In this document: piece after piece, positions 58,382 through 64,000 of the stretch
Position numbering within the stretch: position 1 is the first letter of the stretch
Layout: each line of letters begins with the position of its first letter
NCBI GenBank assembly: GCA_963822965.1
Contig: CAWGJT010000010.1
Span: forward strand, 626,420-690,419
Length of the DNA stretch: 64,000 nucleotides
From: an uncultured delta proteobacterium
GTDB lineage: Bacteria; Myxococcota_A; UBA9160; UBA4427
Reading direction: 5' to 3'
Notes under the pieces: generated by a model
What the model was told of the DNA's origin: nothing
What the model saw: only the letters and a program-made list of their open reading frames with translations
Databases searched by the model: none
Translations under genes and position numbers: made by a program

Positions 58382-58443
58382 GGAGCCCGACCGCGCGGGA
58401 GTCGCCGCGACTGCTACCCTGTGCGACCCGCCGGGAGACCCGC

Positions 58444-59463
58444 ATGCGCCTTCATCCGCAGATCGCGACCCTCGTCCAGGGCATGGCGAGCAACCCCGAC
58501 GCGCGCCCCACCCATGAGCTCACGCCCAAGGAGGCGCGCGACGGCTACCGCGCGCTGGCGGCGATGCTGGGCCCGGGTCCCGAGGTCGCGGCGGTGGAGG
58601 ACCGCGCGATTCCCGGCCCGGTGGGGGAGATCCCGGTGCGGATCTATCGCCCTTTGCAGCCTGCGGGCGACCGCCCGCCCGGGGTGCTCGTCTTCTACCA
58701 CGGGGGCGGCTGGGTGATCGGCGATCTCGAGACCCACGATCGCGAGTGTCGGATGCTCTGCAACGGCGCCGGCTGCCTCGTGGTCGCCGTCGATTATCGC
58801 CTCGCGCCCGAGCATCCGTTTCCCGCGGCGGTGGACGACGCCTTCGCGGCGCTGCGCTGGGTGGCGCGAAACGCAGGCGACCTGGGAGCAGACCCGTCGC
58901 GTCTCGCCGTGGGCGGGGACAGCGCGGGCGGCAACCTGTCGGCGGTGGTGAGTCTGCTGGCCCGGGACGCCGGCGGTCCGCCGCTCCGCTTCCAGCTGCT
59001 CATCTACCCGGCGGTCGACGCCCGGCCGGGAGATGCCTATCGCTCCCGGGTGCAGAACGCCGAGGCGCCGTTCCTGCCCCAGGCGACGGTCGACTACTTC
59101 ATGGATCACTATCTTGGGAGCGCCGCAGGCGCTCCTCGGGCCGCAGGCGCTCCTCGGGCCGCAGGCGCTCCTCGGGCCGCAGGCGCTCCTGGAGGCGGCG
59201 TGCGCAACGATCCGCGCGTCTCTCCCCTCCTGGCCAGCTCGCACCGGGCGTTGCCGCCGGCGCTGGTGGTGACCGCCGAGCTCGACCCACTGCGGGACGA
59301 GGGAGAGGCCTACGCCCGTGCCCTCGAGGATGCGAACGTGCCCGTCCGGCTGCACCGCTACGACGGCATGCCCCACGTCTTCTTCCAGCTGAGCCCCATC
59401 GTCGACGACGGCCGGAAGATGATCGAAGAGGCGGCCGCCGCCCTGCGGGAGGCTCTGGCATGA
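58444..59463 (+). CDS. Alpha/beta-hydrolase esterase/lipase, hormone-sensitive-lipase (family IV) type
   Basis: ATG 58444 inside ORF 57757..59463. Oxyanion motif HGGGW, nucleophile GDSAGG, and the late DPLRDE and H residues. Confidence 0.9.
   Translation: MRLHPQIATLVQGMASNPDARPTHELTPKEARDGYRALAAMLGPGPEVAAVEDRAIPGPVGEIPVRIYRPLQPAGDRPPGVLVFYHGGGWVIGDLETHDRECRMLCNGAGCLVVAVDYRLAPEHPFPAAVDDAFAALRWVARNAGDLGADPSRLAVGGDSAGGNLSAVVSLLARDAGGPPLRFQLLIYPAVDARPGDAYRSRVQNAEAPFLPQATVDYFMDHYLGSAAGAPRAAGAPRAAGAPRAAGAPGGGVRNDPRVSPLLASSHRALPPALVVTAELDPLRDEGEAYARALEDANVPVRLHRYDGMPHVFFQLSPIVDDGRKMIEEAAAALREALA
59122..59190 (+). repeat. Perfect 18-bp tandem repeat, 3.8 copies, in frame within the esterase gene
   Basis: GCCGCAGGCGCTCCTCGG appears three times, followed by a 15-nt partial copy, with no mismatches. 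Encodes (AAGAPR)x3-AAGAP. Confidence 0.95.
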
Positions 59464-59566
59464 GCGTCGCGCGGGGCGAGCGCGACCGGGGCGCGGTCGG
59501 GACGGGGCACAGCACCGGAAGCGGTCCGGCCGCAGACACGGAAGGCGGCAACGGGAGGAGTCGAAC

Positions 59567-60346
59567 TTGATCCTGGAAGGCAAGACGGTGGCGATCTGCG
59601 GTGTGGGGCCCGGCCTGGGGCGAGAGGTCGCCGAGCGCGCCCTGCGCGACGGCGCCCGGGTGGTGCTGGCGGCGCGCACGGCGGCCAAGCTCGAAGCCAC
59701 GGCCAAGGAGCTCGATCCGTCGGGTGAGTCGGTGGCCTGGGTGCCGACGGACCTGACCGACGAGGCCCAGTGCCGAGCCCTCGCGAAGGCCGCGGTCGAG
59801 CGCTTCGGCCGACTGGACGCCGTCGTGCAGGTGGCGGCCCTGGACACGGTCTTCGGATCCCTGGCCGAGAGCCCGCTCGAGGACTTCGAGCGCACCTTCG
59901 ACACCAACGTGCTGGGGCCGGTGCGCCTGGCCCGGGCCGTCGCCCCCATCATGAAGCAGGGGGGCGGCGGGGCCATCGTGCTGGTCGGCTCCCAGGTGAT
60001 GTTCCTGCCCCAGACCCCCCAGATCGCCTACGCCGCCTCGAAGGGCGGGCTGCTCTCCGCCATGTACTACATGGCCAACGAGCTGGGACCCCAGAAGATC
60101 CGCGTGAACATGGTGGTACCCACCTGGATGTGGGGGCCGCCGGTCGCCATGTACGTGAAGATGACGGCGAAGCAGCGCGGCGTGTCCGAGGACGTGGTGA
60201 AGGGCGAGATCACCGCGCGAATGCCCCTGGGCGAGATTCCGGCGGACGAAGACGTGGCGGACGCGATCGTGTTCCTGGCCTCGGACCGGGCGCGCATGAT
60301 CACCGGCCAGAGCCTGCTGGTGAACGCCGGCGAGCTGATGCGCTGA
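59567..60346 (+). CDS. Short-chain dehydrogenase/reductase
   Basis: TTG 59567 with GGGAGGAG RBS. Motifs GVGPGLG, YAASK (YxxxK) and IRVN. Confidence 0.9.
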   Translation: MILEGKTVAICGVGPGLGREVAERALRDGARVVLAARTAAKLEATAKELDPSGESVAWVPTDLTDEAQCRALAKAAVERFGRLDAVVQVAALDTVFGSLAESPLEDFERTFDTNVLGPVRLARAVAPIMKQGGGGAIVLVGSQVMFLPQTPQIAYAASKGGLLSAMYYMANELGPQKIRVNMVVPTWMWGPPVAMYVKMTAKQRGVSEDVVKGEITARMPLGEIPADEDVADAIVFLASDRARMITGQSLLVNAGELMR

Positions 60347-60389
60347 GCGGCGGCGAGCCGTTCGAGGGCTGCGAGAAGGGAGAAGTGCC

Positions 60390-61064
60390 GTGATCGATCT
60401 CACGCGCAAGGGCTCGGTGTTCGTGCTGGCGATGCGCGCCGGTGAGAACCGCTTCAACCGCGACTTCCTGACGGAGCTGAACGCCACGCTCGACGAGGTG
60501 GAGCGCGCAGACGGTCCCGCGGCCCTGGTGACGGTGGGGGAGGGGAAGTTCTACTCGAACGGCCTCGACCTCGACTGGCTCACGAAGCAGCCGCTGGACG
60601 TGGTGGGGTCGTTCCTGGCCGACTTCGAGAAGCTCTTCGCGCGACTGCTCGCGTTTCCGATGATCACGGTGGCGGCGCTCAACGGCCACACCTTCGCCGG
60701 GGGAGCGATGTTCTCCCTGGCCCACGACTTCCGGGTGATGCGCACCGATCGGGGCTACTGGTGTCTGCCGGAGGTCGACCTCGGCATGCCCCTGCGACCG
60801 GGCATGAACGCGCTCATCACGTCTCGTCTGCCCAATCCCACATTCCACGAGGCGATCGTCACGGGGCGGCGATACGATGCCGAGGCGGCGCGCACCGCGT
60901 CGATCGTCGAGGAGACGGCACCCGAGGACGGGGTGCTGTCGGCGGCCGTCGCCCGGGCCGAGCCCCACGCCGGAAAGAGCCGGCAGGCGCTGGTGGCGCT
61001 GAAGCGCGAGATGTACCGCGACACGCTGGCAGCCCTCGAGGCGGGCGCGCCGCACGAGGGCTGA
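60390..61064 (+). CDS. Enoyl-CoA hydratase/isomerase-family protein
   Basis: GTG 60390 with GGGAGAAG RBS. Crotonase-like GEGKFYSNGLDL and NGHTFAGGAMF. Confidence 0.85.
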   Translation: MIDLTRKGSVFVLAMRAGENRFNRDFLTELNATLDEVERADGPAALVTVGEGKFYSNGLDLDWLTKQPLDVVGSFLADFEKLFARLLAFPMITVAALNGHTFAGGAMFSLAHDFRVMRTDRGYWCLPEVDLGMPLRPGMNALITSRLPNPTFHEAIVTGRRYDAEAARTASIVEETAPEDGVLSAAVARAEPHAGKSRQALVALKREMYRDTLAALEAGAPHEG

Positions 61065-61168
61065 GCCCTCCTCGAGGCGTCGGGACGATCGCCGATGGGT
61101 ACTGTACGGGAGCCGGATCGGGCGCAGGGCGAAGCGCCCGGAAGCAGCAGGGCAAGGAGCGAGTCGCG

Positions 61169-62623
61169 GTGAGTGCCGACGCCACATCGATTCCCGAGGA
61201 GGTCCTGGCCGCCAGCGACGTGGCGCGCATCTGGATGCGTCACCTCGTCTCGCTGCTGCTGCCGGTGAACGCCCTGGTGTTCCTCTTCACGGGGCCCCAC
61301 GTGTGGTACGTCGCGCCGTGGTTCATGCTGCCCGTCGTGTTCGCCTTCGTGGTCGATCGCAGCGACCGCGTGGAGCGGCGACAGCCCGCCGCCGATCTGC
61401 CCGCCTGGCCCTTCGACGCGCTCGTCTACTTCCTGGGCTTGCTGCAGCTCGCGGCGGTGTTCGGGATCGGGCACCTGTTCGCCGCCCAGGACCTCTTCTC
61501 GGTGGACATGGTGGTGCTCGTCACCGTGGTGGGCGGCAGCTCGGGCTTCTCGATCATCACCGCCCACGAGCTGATCCACCGGCGAAAGCCCTGGGAGCGG
61601 CTCTTCGGGCGCCTGCTGCTGTGCACGGTGCTGCAGGAGCACTTCTTCACGGAGCACCTGCGCGGCCACCACGTGCGGGTGGGAACGCCGGAGGATCCCG
61701 CCACGGCGCGATTCGGGGAGTCCTACCGGGACTTCTACCGGCGCACCGTGCCGGCCCAGCTGCGCAGCGCCTGGCGTCTCGAGAAGAAGCGCCTGGGCGA
61801 TCCCGAGATGTCGCTCTTCGACGCGCGCATGCTCCGCAATCGCATCCTGCACGGCGCCGCCGTGGGCTGGGGGATGGCCTTCGCGCTGGCGCTCACCTGC
61901 GGCTGGGTGGCCTTCGCGGCGTTCGTGGTACAGGCCTTCTTCGCGTCGCGCCTGCTCGAGGCCGTGAACTACTTCGAGCACTGGGGGCTCATGCGGAGCG
62001 GGACGCGCGTGCGGCCCCGGGATTCCTGGGACACCCATTCGTGGTTCACCTACTACGGGCTCACGGGCCTCTCCCGGCACGCGGACCACCATTACGAGCC
62101 CACCCGGCCGTTCCAGCAGCTGCGGGTGCAGGAGGGCGTCCCCATGCTGCCCAGCGGCTACGTGGTGACCACCGACTGGGTGATGGCGAAGAACGACGAG
62201 TTCCAGCGCCTGGCCGCCGCGGAGCTGAAGCGCTGTCGACTGGGGCCCTTCGCGCCCGGCGCACCGGAGGAAGCCGCGGCCGCCGCGGAGGCGTGGCTAA
62301 AGGCACCGCCCTCGAGCCCGGCTACGGGATGGCGCGGCGCCTGGCAGGGCCTGCCCGCTTGGCTGCGCGCCAGCGCGGTGGCGACGCTCTTCCTGCTGGG
62401 CGTCACCCTGGGCGCGCGCCTGCTGGGCGGCGCCGCCGGGGCGGGCTTCCTGGCGCACCTGGCAACGAACGCGTGGATCCTGGCGGCGTTCGTCGCCGCC
62501 TTCCGGCTGCAGAAGCGCATCGAGGACTCGGGCAGCGGACCGCTGCTGGCCTGGTCGATCGCCCTCTCGCTGCTCGTCGCGATCGGTCTCGCGGGGCAGT
62601 GGCTGGGCTCGCTCTTCGTCTGA
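61169..62623 (+). CDS. alkB: Alkane 1-monooxygenase (AlkB-type integral-membrane di-iron hydroxylase) with a C-terminal membrane extension
   Basis: GTG 61169 with AAGGAG RBS, inside ORF 60761..62623. His boxes HELIHR, EHLRGHH, NYFEHWGL, LSRHADHH. Confidence 0.9.
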   Translation: MSADATSIPEEVLAASDVARIWMRHLVSLLLPVNALVFLFTGPHVWYVAPWFMLPVVFAFVVDRSDRVERRQPAADLPAWPFDALVYFLGLLQLAAVFGIGHLFAAQDLFSVDMVVLVTVVGGSSGFSIITAHELIHRRKPWERLFGRLLLCTVLQEHFFTEHLRGHHVRVGTPEDPATARFGESYRDFYRRTVPAQLRSAWRLEKKRLGDPEMSLFDARMLRNRILHGAAVGWGMAFALALTCGWVAFAAFVVQAFFASRLLEAVNYFEHWGLMRSGTRVRPRDSWDTHSWFTYYGLTGLSRHADHHYEPTRPFQQLRVQEGVPMLPSGYVVTTDWVMAKNDEFQRLAAAELKRCRLGPFAPGAPEEAAAAAEAWLKAPPSSPATGWRGAWQGLPAWLRASAVATLFLLGVTLGARLLGGAAGAGFLAHLATNAWILAAFVAAFRLQKRIEDSGSGPLLAWSIALSLLVAIGLAGQWLGSLFV

Positions 62624-62643
62624 CGGCGGGGCTCGGGCCCGCT

Positions 62644-63462
62644 TCAGCGCCGCCAGTCCGGGTGCAGCCCGTGCTTCAGCGCGTGCTTCTGGGCGAAGAC
62701 CGTCTGACCGTTCCAGTCGGCGGCGGCGGGGTCGGTGGCGAGCCAGGCGATGACGGCAGCCGGCACCGACGGGGGCGCCGGCCGCTGGTACTTCTCGAGG
62801 GCGCCGTCCGGGTCGTTGAGCCGCATCGCCTCGGTCATCACGAAGCCGGGCTCCACGTTGTAGAAGCAGACGCCACTGTCGCGGTGCTCGACCGCCAGGA
62901 CGCCCACCAGCCGGTGGAAGGCCCCCTTCGAGGCGCCGTACGCGAAGCCCCAGCCCCCCTCGCCCGCCGGGGCCGGCGGATCGGCGAGGCCCGCGCCCGA
63001 CACCATGTCGATCACACAGCCGCTGCCGCGCTCGAGAAGCCCGGGTAGCACCCGCGCCGTGAGCTGGATCTGCGAGAAGACGTTGCCCTGGAAGAGCGCC
63101 TCCACCTCGGCGAGATCGAGGTCGAGGAAGCGCTGCATGGACGCCGGGCCGGTGTAGATGCCGTTGTTCAGGAGCAGGTCGATCCGGCCCCAGCGCGCGA
63201 GTGTCTCGTCTACCGCGGCGTCGATGGACGCGCGGTCCAGCAGGTCGAGGCGCAGGGGGAGGGCTTCTCGGCCCGCGTCCCGCACGGCGGCGGCGGTGGT
63301 CTCGAGGCTGCCCGGCAGGGGCCGGCCGTCCGCGGTCTCCCCTTCCTTCACGGTGCGTGCGGTGACCACCACGTCGAAGCCCTTGCGGGCCAGGGCGATG
63401 GACGCCGCCGCGCCGATGCCCCGGCTCGCCCCGGTCACGAATGCTACCCGCCGCTCGCTCAT
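62644..63462 (-). CDS. Short-chain dehydrogenase/reductase
   Basis: ORF 62644..63462 with GGGAGG RBS. Motifs TGASRGIG, NNG and YGASK. Confidence 0.9.
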   Translation of the reverse strand: MSERRVAFVTGASRGIGAAASIALARKGFDVVVTARTVKEGETADGRPLPGSLETTAAAVRDAGREALPLRLDLLDRASIDAAVDETLARWGRIDLLLNNGIYTGPASMQRFLDLDLAEVEALFQGNVFSQIQLTARVLPGLLERGSGCVIDMVSGAGLADPPAPAGEGGWGFAYGASKGAFHRLVGVLAVEHRDSGVCFYNVEPGFVMTEAMRLNDPDGALEKYQRPAPPSVPAAVIAWLATDPAAADWNGQTVFAQKHALKHGLHPDWRR

Positions 63463-63499
63463 CCCGATGCCTCCCGACCCTGCCCGCCCGCCGGCGGGA

Positions 63500-64000
63500 T
63501 CACTTGCCCTCGAAGTCCGCTCGCTGCTTGGCGGCCATCGCCTGATAGCCCCGCGCCATGTCGTCGGATGCGAAGAGCACCGATGCGCTGGCCGCCTCGA
63601 AGCGCAGGGCTTCCGACAGCCCCCGCTCCATCCAGTGGTTCACGGTGCGCTTGATGCCCTGCACCGCCAGGGGCGCGTTGGCGGCGATCTCGTCCGCCAG
63701 CGCCCGGGTATGCGCTACGAGGTCTTTGCGGGGCACCACCTCCTGCACGATGCCGATGCGCAGGGCGGTCTCGGCGTCGATGCGCCGGCCCGTGAAGGCG
63801 AGCAGCTTGGTCCAGCCGGCGCCGATCTCGCTCGCGAGCCGCATGTCGCCGCCCGCGTCGATGGAGACGCCCACCCGAGGCTCGGGCAGCGCGAAGCGGG
63901 CGTCGTCCGCGGCAATGCGGATGTCGCCCATCATGGCCACCTCGAGCCCCGCGCCGAGGCAGAAGCCGTGGATCGCCATCAACACCGGTTGGGGAAGCTG
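63500..64000 (-). CDS. Enoyl-CoA hydratase/isomerase (C-terminal part; the N-terminus lies beyond the window end)
   Basis: The frame is open from the 63500 stop to the window edge. Crotonase pattern AIHGFCLGAGLEVAMMGDIRIAA..F..PE...G. Confidence 0.85.
   Translation of the reverse strand, partial: QLPQPVLMAIHGFCLGAGLEVAMMGDIRIAADDARFALPEPRVGVSIDAGGDMRLASEIGAGWTKLLAFTGRRIDAETALRIGIVQEVVPRKDLVAHTRALADEIAANAPLAVQGIKRTVNHWMERGLSEALRFEAASASVLFASDDMARGYQAMAAKQRADFEGK

Noticed and set aside
59122-59190. The 18-bp repeats as a possible CRISPR array.
   Set aside because: The units are directly adjacent with no spacers, too short, in frame inside a conserved esterase gene, and no cas genes are present.

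Overview
High-GC (by eye about 70%, not computed), very gene-dense bacterial chromosomal window. I call 59 genes: 58 CDS, of which the first and last are cut by the window edges, plus one apparently frameshifted lipoprotein gene. I found no rRNA, tRNA, CRISPR array, transposase, integrase or phage gene. All family calls come from motifs read by eye in the supplied translations; no searches were run.

Three themes:
1. Catabolism of hydrophobic, alicyclic or epoxide substrates. This covers two AMP-ligases, a tandem family III CoA-transferase, a P450 and a separate ferredoxin, AlkB, and a limonene-epoxide-hydrolase homologue with its catalytic residues intact. It also covers four more NTF2/SnoaL-like proteins, VOC and SRPBCC proteins, SDRs, enoyl-CoA hydratases, an indolepyruvate:ferredoxin oxidoreductase (IOR)-fumC pair, and an 8-gene beta-oxidation-like operon at 20027-28134. 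That operon contains an acyl-CoA dehydrogenase (ACAD) pair, an SCP-x-type thiolase and an HMG-CoA-synthase (HMGCS)-like/DUF35 fusion whose catalytic Glu and Cys appear substituted.
2. Envelope and secreted proteins. Four canonical PEP-CTERM cargo proteins and one degenerate one are present with no exosortase in the window. The degenerate one is a spherulin-4 (GH135-like) gene that appears co-transcribed with a rhomboid protease.
3. A complete, translationally coupled Bat-type operon (MoxR, DUF58, DUF4381-like, BatA, BatB/C, BatD, BatE) at 35352-45538. BatB and BatC are fused into a 1164-aa protein with about 570 aa of unexplained helical sequence. A secreted six-EF-hand protein follows the operon.

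Smaller signals: a near-consensus sigma-54 promoter, a perfect 18-bp in-frame tandem repeat inside an esterase gene, a frameshift in a lipoprotein gene, and a repeated GCAGGCGC motif with a 14-bp palindrome upstream of an ABC-2 exporter operon.

I cannot identify one clearly novel system. The best candidates for follow-up are the Bat fusion with the EF-hand protein, the pseudo-HMGCS/DUF35/thiolase module, the spherulin-4/rhomboid pair, and an uncharacterised membrane-protein pair at 18566-20016. PEP-CTERM signals imply a diderm host; Myxococcota- or Binatota-like is only a guess.
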